The notes under the pieces: generated by a model
What the model was told of the DNA's origin: nothing
Databases searched by the model: none
Seen by the model: only the letters and a program-made list of their open reading frames with translations
Assembly: GCA_964433795.1 (NCBI GenBank)
Contig: CAYSUA010000001.1
Coordinates: 1 to 36,782 of the forward strand
Origin: an uncultured Desulfobacteraceae bacterium
GTDB taxonomy: Bacteria; Desulfobacterota; Desulfobacteria; Desulfobacterales; SURF-15
Direction: 5' to 3'
DNA length: 36,782 nt
Made by a program: the position numbers and the translations under genes
In this document: piece after piece, positions 25,498-33,957 of the stretch
Layout: each line of letters starts with the position of its first letter
How positions within the stretch are numbered: position 1 is the stretch's first letter

Positions 25498-27237
25498 ATG
25501 TTGTTAAAAGAGACTGAAATTTTGATTGTGGACTGCCAGGCAACCGGAGCAAAACCTCAAAACGGGCATCTGATTGAAATCGGTTGGATGCGGTGTCAGC
25601 GGGGTCAAAAGGGTATTTTGACACCAACAGCGAGTAAGACTCTTTTGATTCAGCTACCGGAAGATGTCCATATTCCGAAACAGGTTGAACGAGTGACCGG
25701 GATTTTATCTGAGGATTTGTCTGATTCCATTCCCCTGGCTGATGCCTGGGCAAGACTGTTAAAAACGGCTCAAAAGACGGCGCAGGCCAATGAAACTTTT
25801 CGATGCCCGACAATCATCCATTTTGCTAGGTATGAGACACCTTTTCTACGGTTTTTGCACCGTCAGTTTGCACCGAACGCTCCGTTTCCATTTGAGATTG
25901 TTTGCACTCATGAGATTGTTAAAAGACTAGTGCCGGGGCTCCCGAGAAAGGGCCTGAGGGCGGTTGCCGGCTATTTCGGCTTCAGTACTTCGGAAAAAAG
26001 ACGATGCGAGCATCATTTGAAAGCCACCCTTTCCATATGGAACCGGGAAATGGAATTGTTGGAGCAGGACCATGACATCCAAACCCTTGATGACCTTATA
26101 TTGTGGCTTGAGCGCACGGAGCAAAACCAGAAACAGTGCCGTGTATATCCCATGGATCGGGAATTGCGTCTTAAACTGCCGGATGTTCCGGGGGTATACC
26201 GTTTCTTGAGATCGAACGGAGATTTGCTCTATATCGGTAAGGCAAAATCATTGAAAAGCCGCGTTAACAGCTACTTTCAGCAAAACCGAAAGCAGCCGGA
26301 GCACGTGCTGGAAATGCTGTCTCAAGCCTGCGACATCGATTATACGGACACAGACTCGGCCGTTGAAGCCGCTGTACTCGAAACGGACGAGATCAAGAGG
26401 CATTCACCGCCGTATAATATCGCATTGAAGCATGGAAACCGTGAAATCGGATTCAGCACAAGAGACTTCGTAAACCAAGCGCTGAAGCCGAATAAAACCA
26501 AACCCCTCGGCCCCCTTCCTTCACCGGGCACCTTGGTTCCGCTTTCCTTATTGAGCGAATTGCCGGCGTCTCGACAAGCACAAGCGGAAGACGTTTCCGC
26601 TGCATTGAATATCCCGGACGAATATGCTCCCGCCCTTCTTGTGTTCAGAGAGGGATTAGCCGAGTTTTTTCAAAGACACGAAACCGAGTTGAGATTCAAT
26701 TCGGCGTATCGGAATTTTATCCGGTTGGGCGCCATGTTTTGGAAAAAAGGGCTGGAGGAGTCGGATGAGGCTATTTTGGAAAAGGATGATCTGATAGAAG
26801 AAGGAATCGATGAGATCGAAGATGAAGAATGGGAGTGGACTCCGGATGCCGTGGCAAACGCCGTTGAAGGTGTTGTGCGTAGATGCGTGCATCTGATTCG
26901 CCGGGCACGATGGTTTTGCTTGATATCCGAATCGTCCCTGGTTTGGGAAAGAGGGTATAAGGAAAAGGCTGGTCGAAATTTTTTAGTATTCCACAAGGGG
27001 AAACTGGTGGAGAATGGGGTTATGAATGTTGGGGAGGATATACCCGTTCCATCCGGTTATAAGAGAAGCACGTTATTGAGACAGCAAAGCTTTGATGTGG
27101 CGACTTACGACCGCATGCGGGTGGTCACCACCGAAATCAGAAGACTGCTTTCCGAAGGGAGAGATATTGAACTCTGTCTGAGACCCAACACGGTGTTGAA
27201 GAACAAATCGCTTAAACGGTTTTTACAATGGGTTTAG
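25498..27237 (+). CDS. DnaQ-like (DEDD-fold) exonuclease domain fused to a GIY-YIG (UvrC/Cho-like) nuclease domain, plus a C-terminal region of about 270 aa with unknown function
   Basis: The N-terminus 'ILIVDCQATGAKPQNGHLIEIGW' and 'IIHFARYETPFLRFL' align by eye to Exo I/II of epsilon-like exonucleases. The GIY-YIG motifs are 'PGVYRFLRSNGDLLYIGKAKSLKSRVNSYF' and 'ETDEIKRHSPPYN'. Confidence 0.7.
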   Translation: MLLKETEILIVDCQATGAKPQNGHLIEIGWMRCQRGQKGILTPTASKTLLIQLPEDVHIPKQVERVTGILSEDLSDSIPLADAWARLLKTAQKTAQANETFRCPTIIHFARYETPFLRFLHRQFAPNAPFPFEIVCTHEIVKRLVPGLPRKGLRAVAGYFGFSTSEKRRCEHHLKATLSIWNREMELLEQDHDIQTLDDLILWLERTEQNQKQCRVYPMDRELRLKLPDVPGVYRFLRSNGDLLYIGKAKSLKSRVNSYFQQNRKQPEHVLEMLSQACDIDYTDTDSAVEAAVLETDEIKRHSPPYNIALKHGNREIGFSTRDFVNQALKPNKTKPLGPLPSPGTLVPLSLLSELPASRQAQAEDVSAALNIPDEYAPALLVFREGLAEFFQRHETELRFNSAYRNFIRLGAMFWKKGLEESDEAILEKDDLIEEGIDEIEDEEWEWTPDAVANAVEGVVRRCVHLIRRARWFCLISESSLVWERGYKEKAGRNFLVFHKGKLVENGVMNVGEDIPVPSGYKRSTLLRQQSFDVATYDRMRVVTTEIRRLLSEGRDIELCLRPNTVLKNKSLKRFLQWV

Positions 27238-27245
27238 CCAACCGC

Positions 27246-27635
27246 TTATCTCCGAAATCGGTCCTCCCAGTCAAACTCCGGTGAGGTTACAATATCTTCC
27301 ATCCGCTGAATCCGGCGTTTGAGATTTTGATATTTCCTTTTGAGCCGATTTACGCCCTGACGACTGGAGTGGGCATAGCTATCGTAGAATTCCTGCTCTT
27401 CGTCAGAGTGGATGGGAATTACCGGCTCAAGTTTCATGAGCAAGGCTGCCAGCAGGTACAGGGCGCCTATGGGCCAGAATCCGGTGAACAACAGCAAGGC
27501 CAGAATGATCATCCTTACCCAAAAAACAGAGAAATCGAAATATTCTCCAATCCCACGGCACACCCCTAATATCACACCATTTCGGGATCGGTACACACCG
27601 ATGCCCCGTCGAAGTCTTTCTAATCTATTTATCAT
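27246..27635 (-). CDS. pspC: Envelope stress response membrane protein PspC
   Basis: PspC domain 'LYRSRNGVILGVCRGIGEYFDFSVFWVRMIILALLLF'. It overlaps the pspB end by 11 nt. Confidence 0.85.
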   Translation of the reverse strand: MINRLERLRRGIGVYRSRNGVILGVCRGIGEYFDFSVFWVRMIILALLLFTGFWPIGALYLLAALLMKLEPVIPIHSDEEQEFYDSYAHSSRQGVNRLKRKYQNLKRRIQRMEDIVTSPEFDWEDRFRR

Positions 27636-27876
27636 TTCTATTCCTCTTTTCCCGGTCTAATAAGATCGTTTCAAGTGTTTCAATCCGTTCTTCCAGATGG
27701 CCCAGGCCTTGATAAATCTCCTGCACCATCCCGGCTTCATTGGATAGTTTTTCTCTATCTTTGCGGGATACGCCCCCTTTTATAATTTTAATGGCCATGA
27801 GAATGGTCCCGCTGATGATGGCCAAGGCCAGCACAATTCCCGAAAAAACAACGGTTACAATCATAACGGTATGCAT
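27625..27876 (-). CDS. pspB: Phage shock protein B
   Basis: 83 aa with a single N-terminal TM helix followed by 'EAGMVQEIYQGLGHLEERIETLETILLD', the typical PspB C-terminal helix. It is positioned between pspA and pspC. Confidence 0.8.
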   Translation of the reverse strand: MHTVMIVTVVFSGIVLALAIISGTILMAIKIIKGGVSRKDREKLSNEAGMVQEIYQGLGHLEERIETLETILLDREKRNRNDK

Positions 27877-28004
27877 GGGAGGCTCCGCTCGCTTTCTATT
27901 ATGGTTTTGGGATCCGTTTGACTCTCTTCTCTACCTGGATCTTTATTTCATGAAATCGGATAATTTTCAAACTACAGAACCGGTATCAACAAGAGTGATA
28001 ATAG

Positions 28005-28700
28005 TCATTCCATTGTATGCGGGTGATCATTTGTATCTGTATCTGATGCGGGCTTCTTCTTCAGTGCCTGCAGCTCCTCTTCAATTTCATCATCCGAGTT
28101 CAGTTTATCGAGCTCTTCCTCTAGTGTGGTTCGCCTTCCATAATTGACTAAATCTGCTTCTGATTCCATCCGCTCGATTCGGTTTTCGAAATCATCGAAT
28201 TTATGGACGGCGTCCGCACTGTCCATTTTCCGAATATCTTCCTGAGCCTGTCTCTTCCTTTTGGCATGAATATGCCGTTGAGTCAGCATTCGTTGTTTGT
28301 TTCGGGCGGTTTTGAGTTTTTCCTCCAGTTGACGGATGTCATCCTGATACTGGTCGACAAGTTGGTTGAGGTCGGCGATTTCAGACTCTAGGACGTCTAT
28401 CCTTCGTGTATATCGACGTTTTTCATGAAGCGCTTCTCTTGCCAGGTCATCCCGGCCCTTTTGAACCGCCATGCCGGCCTTTTCCTCCCAATATTCCGAT
28501 CTTCCGGTCATTTCCTCGAGTTGACGCTCGGTTTTTTTTCGCTCTGCCATAACACCGGCGCAGGACGCCTTAATTTCAACCAGCGTATCTTCCATTTCCC
28601 GTATCATCAGCCGGATGAGTTTTTCAGGATCCTCTGCTTTGTCCAACATTGAGTTGAGGTTGGAACTGACGATGTCTCGAAATCGTGTAAAAATACCCAT
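28005..28700 (-). CDS. pspA: Phage shock protein A (PspA/IM30 family)
   Basis: 'MGIFTRFRDIVSSNLNSMLDKAEDPEKLIRLMIREMEDTL' is the canonical PspA N-terminus, and the rest is coiled coil. RBS ggaggtg. Confidence 0.92.
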   Translation of the reverse strand: MGIFTRFRDIVSSNLNSMLDKAEDPEKLIRLMIREMEDTLVEIKASCAGVMAERKKTERQLEEMTGRSEYWEEKAGMAVQKGRDDLAREALHEKRRYTRRIDVLESEIADLNQLVDQYQDDIRQLEEKLKTARNKQRMLTQRHIHAKRKRQAQEDIRKMDSADAVHKFDDFENRIERMESEADLVNYGRRTTLEEELDKLNSDDEIEEELQALKKKPASDTDTNDHPHTME

Positions 28701-28734
28701 GACTCACCTCCGTTTTGGTTTTGCCTTAATAGAT

Positions 28735-28750
28735 AGCATCATGCGTGCCA
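28735..28750 (-). promoter_or_regulatory. Sigma54 (-24/-12) promoter of pspABC
   Basis: The minus strand reads TGGCACGCATGATGCT. The GG and GC dinucleotides have the canonical spacing, with one mismatch to TGGCACG-N4-TTGCW. It lies 35-50 nt upstream of the pspA ATG, with the bEBP gene pspF divergent. Confidence 0.7.
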
Positions 28751-28795
28751 AGTGTTATTTCTTATTTAACATCAAGGAGTTACTTCAATTTGGAC

Positions 28796-28825
28796 TTGAC
28801 AGGGCAAAAAATAAAGTGGTATAAA
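28796..28825 (+). promoter_or_regulatory. Candidate sigma70 promoter of pspF
   Basis: TTGACA (28796-28801), an 18-nt spacer, then TATAAA (28820-28825), about 45 nt upstream of ATG 28871. Confidence 0.4.
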
Positions 28826-28870
28826 AGGCTAAAAATTAGTAAATATAACTATTATAGTGCAATAATAACC

Positions 28871-29944
28871 ATGAAGAAACGAATAAGAACATACCCCCAG
28901 CCTTCGGAATCCAAATCTCCTGTGGGAGTGGCAGAGGCGTTGGGTCAGTCAGAAGCTTTTTTAGCTTTTCAAGAACGGTTGTCTCGGGTCGCACCGGTCG
29001 ATCGTCCCGTACTGCTGCTGGGCGAGCGGGGAACCGGCAAGGAGCTTGCCGCCTCACGGTTGCATTACCTGTCTAGCCGATGGCAAGGACCATTGGTGGC
29101 GCTGAACTGTGCAGCGCTAACCCCCTCTTTGATCGAATCGGAGCTGTTCGGTCATGAAAGAGGCGCATTTACCGGGGCGCAGCAGCGACGTGGGGGACGG
29201 TTCGAAGCGGCAGGCGGCGGCACCCTTTTTTTAGATGAGATCGGAAATATCCCCGTGGAGGTGCAAGAAAAGATTTTGCGGGTTGTGGAATACAATACGT
29301 TTGAACGCGTGGGAAGCTCCGAGACCATTGAAGTGGACGCCCGAATCATCGCCGCCACCAATGCCGACCTGGTTACTATGGCCGGGGCAGGGCGATTCAA
29401 ACAAGACCTTTTGGATCGCCTGTCCTTTGAGGTCCTCTTTTTGCCTCCTCTGCGTGAACGGAAGGGGGATATCCTATTGCTGGCCAACCATTTTGCAGCC
29501 AGGATGGCTTATGAATTGAAATGGCCGGAGATTCCGGAATTCAGCTCCGCAGCCGTTGAATCTCTTCAAAACTATAATTGGCCGGGTAATGTCCGTGAGC
29601 TGAAGAACGTCGTTGAACGGGCGGTTTATCGATGTGATGCCATGATCATTGAGGACATATCCTTTAACCCCTTTACGTCTCCTTATGAACCCAAACGGAT
29701 ACCATTCCCTGAACCGCCTGTGCAGCAGGATTTTGAGTCTCAGCCGGATGATGAATCGGATATCATGGCGATGACGTTGAATGAAGCGGTCTGGGAGGTG
29801 AAAGTGCGAATGCTGGAACAAGCACTTGTGGAATCCAAATATCATCAAAAGGAAGCTGCTCGCCGCTTGGGGTTGACGTACCATCAGTTTCGGGGGCTTT
29901 ATCGACAATACAGGAGCAAGAGTGATGAATCCGGATCGGGTTGA
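28871..29944 (+). CDS. pspF: Sigma54-dependent transcriptional activator PspF (AAA+ bEBP without a receiver domain)
   Basis: Trimmed to ATG 28871, because the 28745 start would overlap the sigma54 promoter. It has Walker A '[14 protein letters not shown]', the sigma54-contact loop 'ERGAFTGA', Walker B 'LFLDEIG' and the C-terminal HTH '[19 protein letters not shown]'. Confidence 0.88.
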   Translation: MKKRIRTYPQPSESKSPVGVAEALGQSEAFLAFQERLSRVAPVDRPVLLLGERGTGKELAASRLHYLSSRWQGPLVALNCAALTPSLIESELFGHERGAFTGAQQRRGGRFEAAGGGTLFLDEIGNIPVEVQEKILRVVEYNTFERVGSSETIEVDARIIAATNADLVTMAGAGRFKQDLLDRLSFEVLFLPPLRERKGDILLLANHFAARMAYELKWPEIPEFSSAAVESLQNYNWPGNVRELKNVVERAVYRCDAMIIEDISFNPFTSPYEPKRIPFPEPPVQQDFESQPDDESDIMAMTLNEAVWEVKVRMLEQALVESKYHQKEAARRLGLTYHQFRGLYRQYRSKSDESGSG

Positions 29945-29958
29945 ATGAAAAGGGAAAT

Positions 29959-29985
29959 GGGCGGTTCTTTAAGAACCGCCCTTTG
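29959..29985. terminator. Bidirectional intrinsic terminator between pspF and hsp20
   Basis: GC-rich hairpin 'gggcggttc tttaa gaaccgccc' followed by 'tttg', with 'aaa' on the other side. It sits between convergent genes. Confidence 0.6.
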
Positions 29986-30015
29986 ACCGAGGTATGAGAT
30001 GACGACGCGTGCTGT

Positions 30016-30459
30016 TTAATGGATCGTGATTTGTTTGGGTTTTTCCTTTTCCGACTTCGGGATTTCAACGCTGAGCAGACCATCTTTATAGTCGGCCTTG
30101 ATTTTTTCTGGATCTAATCCGTCCGGCAAGGTAAATGATCTCTCAAATTTTCCGTATGCTCTTTCTCTACGGTAATACTTATCACCTTCCGTTTCATTAT
30201 CATATGTGCGTTCACCTTTGAGCGTCAGAATTCTGTCTTTGACATCGATTGTGATATCTTTCTTCTCCAGCCCGGGAAGTTCGGCCTTGATGACGATTTC
30301 TTCATCCCTATCGTAAATATCCACCATGGGTTGCCAGTTGGTCATTTCAATTTCACCATTGTTAAATTCGGCCCTTGTATAAGAATCATCAAAAAACCGG
30401 TTAAAAAAATTCTGCATTGTTACTGTTTCTCTCCAGGGAGACCATCTTACGAGTGTCAT
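30016..30459 (-). CDS. Small heat-shock protein, Hsp20/alpha-crystallin family
   Basis: 147 aa. 'WQPMVDIYDRDEEIVIKAELPGLEKKDITIDV...LTLKGER' and 'GLLSVEIPK' form the alpha-crystallin domain. RBS aaaggagga. Confidence 0.92.
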   Translation of the reverse strand: MTLVRWSPWRETVTMQNFFNRFFDDSYTRAEFNNGEIEMTNWQPMVDIYDRDEEIVIKAELPGLEKKDITIDVKDRILTLKGERTYDNETEGDKYYRRERAYGKFERSFTLPDGLDPEKIKADYKDGLLSVEIPKSEKEKPKQITIH

Positions 30460-30539
30460 TTTTAGTTCCTCCTTTATTTTTAATGATTTTAATCTTATGA
30501 TACCTGTTCCAATATTTTTATTTGTGTTTCATGATAGAT

Positions 30540-30567
30540 ATGTTAATAATGAAACGAGTTATGTCAA
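30540..30567 (-). promoter_or_regulatory. Candidate sigma70 promoter of hsp20
   Basis: The minus strand reads TTGACA (30567-30562), a 16-nt spacer, then TAACAT (30545-30540). This would give a 5' UTR of about 70 nt. Confidence 0.3.
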
Positions 30568-30768
30568 GAAAAAAATATTATAAATCTTTGCATTACTAAA
30601 TATAAATATTATATTGAAGTAATGATAAGGGAAAATCAATTTAAAACAATGCGGTTATGCATTAAGCTCAAGTTGCTTACAGGAATCGGCTCACCTTCAA
30701 AGCCGCAAGTGCTTGACTTGAAAAGGTTTCTGCAGAATCGGATAAAACAATTATAAGGATGGACACAA

Positions 30769-31365
30769 ATGGCAAAAAATGAAGATGAAAATGGATTTGA
30801 AGGGCTACCGCTTCCAGAACCGACATCGGCAGAACTGAGAGGGCGGCAATCGGTTCGGGCTACATTCCGGATATCCGAAAGAGCCATCGATGCACTCAGT
30901 ATCGTTTCGGTTCATCTGGGTATTAAGCAGAAATCGCTTTTTGACCATCTTATTGAAGACAGCGACACACTTCGGCTCATTGCAAGGGAAATCGAATCCT
31001 ATGAATTTCAACAGCTGAACCGGATTCAAAAAACCTATGTTCTGAGCCGAAAAACACTCTCTTCCCTGGACAGAGCAGCAAGATCCCAGAACGCCCCGAG
31101 GGATGCTCTGGTTGAATATTCGATTCAACGGTTGCTGCCGATCATATTAAAAGAGCGAGAAAAGCACCTCATGCGGAAAGAAATCCTGGGAGACTTGACG
31201 GAGTTCTTAAAAGAAGGTGAAAAAATTCTTAGAAAATCGAAAGATTCACTGGGTTCGGATGACCCTGTTTACGACAGGCTCAGGGCAGCCATGGTCGGCC
31301 TTGTGAATGCATATCGCCATATAGATAGTTATGTGGAGAAGGGGAAGATTATCGAAGAATTTTAA
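30769..31365 (+). CDS. Hypothetical protein with two ribbon-helix-helix-like repeats
   Basis: 198 aa. RBS aaggatgg. No family was recognised. Two segments, 'VRATFRISERAIDALSIVSVHLGIKQKSLFDHLIE' and 'QKTYVLSRKTLSSLDRAARSQNAPRDALVEYSIQRLL', look like beta-strand/helix/turn/helix RHH units. Confidence 0.5.
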   Translation: MAKNEDENGFEGLPLPEPTSAELRGRQSVRATFRISERAIDALSIVSVHLGIKQKSLFDHLIEDSDTLRLIAREIESYEFQQLNRIQKTYVLSRKTLSSLDRAARSQNAPRDALVEYSIQRLLPIILKEREKHLMRKEILGDLTEFLKEGEKILRKSKDSLGSDDPVYDRLRAAMVGLVNAYRHIDSYVEKGKIIEEF

Positions 31366-31383
31366 TACCGCTTCTAACCGTTT

Positions 31384-32460
31384 CTACAGGTAGCTGATGG
31401 GGTTGAGCCCTTTCTTTCGGCGGATGGCTTCCAGGAGTCCGACGGTTCCTGTCATCATGTTGTCGCCCAAGGGAGCACCCAGCGTCATGGTGAGTTTAGA
31501 ATTCTCCACCAGCTTGCGTTTGGGTCCTGTTGCCACGATGAGTTCTGCTGCATCGAACCCAAAAGCCTTTCTTGTGTAAGCGCCATGCCCCCCTTCCTTA
31601 AGTATCTGTTGATGCTCCAGATTTCCATTCGCCAACTCCGGTATCAGAGCATCCAGCTTTTCCACAGTGATGTCATGGGTGTGGTATTCGAAAGATCCGG
31701 CAATTTCATCTCCAATCAATGCTGCTCCTACCGTGTGAGATGTTGCCACATCCAACACGATTATCTTCTCCTTTGCACGTGCCTGCGGATCCATGGATGC
31801 GCCGAGAATTGCGGCCATCCCGCTGTCCATCACGTAGACTTCATCGGCCGGGAGATCATCGGCAACCATTGCAATGGAACTCAAGCGATTAAACGTCTCT
31901 GGAACTTCATTCCTTTCATAGAGCAGGGTGTGCGGGTAGGGGTTTTTATCCAGTCTTTCTTTGAAAAGATAATGACGATAATCCAAATGGGATCGACCAT
32001 CCGGGGGAACACCATGGTCCTGGGCGCAGACCCCCACGCTTTCGAAAGAAAAGGGGGCACCGAATCCTTCTACAATTTTTTCCAACCGAGGAATATCCAA
32101 ATCTCCGAGCGTAAATTGATTGAAATCCGACCGGTCGATGTACGCTTTGGTATCCGAATCTTTGATAACAATAATCCCGGTAGCCCGAACTTTCTCCAGA
32201 TTGTGATGGAGGGTTGCAGCGGCGGATTCGGTCATGACCACCTGCGCTTCCTTTGTTCGTTCTTGCAGGGCCTGGGTAATGGGCCCGCCTCCCATTTCAT
32301 TTCCGACCACCAGCAGATTCCCTGGAAGATTCTCCACCTCTCTAGCCAGGGTTCGAACCGGAGATTCCACAACCGCTTTATAGTGGATGCCGGACGCATC
32401 GTCATAGTAAAGCACGTCCATGGTACCGGCACCGATATCGATCAACAAATAACGACTCAC
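31384..32460 (-). CDS. ASKHA (actin-like ATPase) superfamily protein, DUF1786-like
   Basis: Trimmed to GTG 32460, which is preceded by aagagagg. The track start 32712 lies inside repeat B. The phosphate-1 motif is 'YLLIDIGAGTMDVL', with later 'VLDVATSHT' and 'ATGPKR' segments. The DUF1786 assignment is by eye. Confidence 0.6.
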   Translation of the reverse strand: MSRYLLIDIGAGTMDVLYYDDASGIHYKAVVESPVRTLAREVENLPGNLLVVGNEMGGGPITQALQERTKEAQVVMTESAAATLHHNLEKVRATGIIVIKDSDTKAYIDRSDFNQFTLGDLDIPRLEKIVEGFGAPFSFESVGVCAQDHGVPPDGRSHLDYRHYLFKERLDKNPYPHTLLYERNEVPETFNRLSSIAMVADDLPADEVYVMDSGMAAILGASMDPQARAKEKIIVLDVATSHTVGAALIGDEIAGSFEYHTHDITVEKLDALIPELANGNLEHQQILKEGGHGAYTRKAFGFDAAELIVATGPKRKLVENSKLTMTLGAPLGDNMMTGTVGLLEAIRRKKGLNPISYL

Positions 32461-32491
32461 GATTAAACCTCTCTTTATTAACAGAAGATTA

Positions 32492-32763
32492 TTAGCCGCA
32501 GACACACACAGACATACGCAGACAATAAAGATTTTTGCCTGGGCGACCCGTCTTCGCCTGAGGCTTCGCCGCGGCAAGCCTTGCCCAGGCAAAAGTTTCA
32601 AATGCCTTTCAGGCATAAGCGTAATTATTATCGCGAAGCGATTGACTGTTTTTGCCTCCGCAAGTCGCGGAGGCAAAAGGTCCGTGTCCGTCTGTGTGTG
32701 TCGAGCGAACAACTTGTCGGGTCGTAGCTCGCAGAGCGAAGCCTGAAGTGAGCGGGCGGCTAA
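32492..32763 (+). repeat. Structured MITE-like repeat, copy B (272 bp; copy A plus two insertions)
   Basis: Its termini and internal sequence match copy A. Outside two insertions (32548-32580 and 32713-32746) I saw only two differences: a T5 versus T6 run and one c/t change. Confidence 0.85.
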
Positions 32764-32844
32764 TTAATAGAGTGATGTTGATAAGCCGTGTATTTACATT
32801 TTAAGTCGGTTCCACCAACCAAATTGGAGAAGAACCAAGAAAAT

Positions 32845-33930
32845 TTATGGTTCGCACGTCACATGACACACCCCGGTGGGTGTCTCAACGGTAAAAGGAA
32901 AATATTTGCTCTTAAATTTCAGGGCGACATTGACCATGCTGATCAGCACCGGAACTTCCACCAGGGGTCCGATCACCGCTGCAAATGCCTGCCCGGAATC
33001 GATGCCGAAAACCGCGACCGCCACTGCAATGGCAAGTTCAAAATTGTTCGAGGCTGCGGTAAAACTTAAAGTTGTCGATTGTTCATAGGTTGCCCCCACT
33101 TTCATGGAAAGAAAGAAAGAGACGAAAAACATCAACACAAAATAGATGCACAGGGGAATGGCAATGCGAATGACGTCAACGGGTAATTGTACGATAAATT
33201 CGCCTTTTAAAGAAAACATCACCAGAATCGTAAACAAAAGGGCGATCAAGGTGATCGGGCTGATTTTCGGGATGAATTTTTCTTCATACCAGGTTTGGCC
33301 TTTGGTTTTGATTCCGATGACACGGGTGATGATTCCCCCGATAAACGGTATGCCTAAATAGATAAACACACTTTCCGCGATCTGTCCGATGGAGATATCG
33401 ACCACTGCACCCTTCATCCCGAGCCATGCCGGTACCAGGGTAATGAAGAAGTAGGCATAAACGGAAAAGAACAGGACCTGGAAAATAGAGTTGAATGCCA
33501 CAAGGCCCGCGCAATACTCCCGGTCTCCTGCGGCGAGATCGTTCCAGACAATGACCATGGCAATGCATCGGGCCAAACCGATCAATATCAATCCCACCAT
33601 GTATTCGTGATGACCGGAAAGAAACGATATGGCCAGAAGAAACATCAAGATGGGGCCGATCACCCAATTTTGAACCAGGGAAAGCCCAAGCACTTTGAAA
33701 TTTCGAAAGACCTGCCCGAGCTGCTCATATTTTACTTTTGCAAGCGGTGGGTACATCATCAGAATGAGGCCGATGGCGATGGGGATGTTGGTGGTGCCCA
33801 CCTGAAAGTAGTTGATCACTTTGCGGATGCCCGGGAAAAAATATCCCCAAAAAACGCCGATAAACATCCCGAGAAAAATCCATAACGTCAGATAACGATC
33901 CAGAAACGACAGCCGCTTTACATCTTCCAT
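32845..33930 (-). CDS. acr3: Arsenite efflux permease, ACR3 family
   Basis: '[20 protein letters not shown]', '[24 protein letters not shown]', '[10 protein letters not shown]' and '[21 protein letters not shown]'-type motifs, including the conserved Cys in 'RCIAMV'. The RBS aaggaa and start lie 27 nt after the upstream VWA gene stop. Confidence 0.92.
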   Translation of the reverse strand: MEDVKRLSFLDRYLTLWIFLGMFIGVFWGYFFPGIRKVINYFQVGTTNIPIAIGLILMMYPPLAKVKYEQLGQVFRNFKVLGLSLVQNWVIGPILMFLLAISFLSGHHEYMVGLILIGLARCIAMVIVWNDLAAGDREYCAGLVAFNSIFQVLFFSVYAYFFITLVPAWLGMKGAVVDISIGQIAESVFIYLGIPFIGGIITRVIGIKTKGQTWYEEKFIPKISPITLIALLFTILVMFSLKGEFIVQLPVDVIRIAIPLCIYFVLMFFVSFFLSMKVGATYEQSTTLSFTAASNNFELAIAVAVAVFGIDSGQAFAAVIGPLVEVPVLISMVNVALKFKSKYFPFTVETPTGVCHVTCEP

Positions 33931-33957
33931 ATGACCATTCCTTTCTTGAAAACCGCT

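Noticed and set aside
30497-30512. A sigma54-like 'ttggaacaggtatcat' (minus strand) upstream of hsp20, which would have linked hsp20 to PspF.
   Set aside because: The obligatory -12 GC dinucleotide is missing at the correct spacing (AT instead), and the -24 element reads TGGAAC rather than TGGCAC.
31585-32466. 293-aa plus-strand ORF. The same applies to 22703..23410 (+), 3111..3818 (-), 11373..11990 (-) and 21389..21931 (+).
   Set aside because: All are antisense shadows of well-supported genes (DUF1786-like, ddl, ecfT/ATPase, Phd/PIN, M29-like). None has motifs of its own or a plausible start context.
32461-32712. An 84-aa N-terminal extension of the DUF1786-like ORF (MFARHTQTDTDLLPPRLAEAKTV...).
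   Set aside because: The extension is simply repeat copy B translated; the same peptide appears in ORF 25129..25359 from copy A. A GTG at 32460 with the RBS aagagagg, directly before the ASKHA phosphate-1 motif 'LLIDIGAGT', is the credible start.
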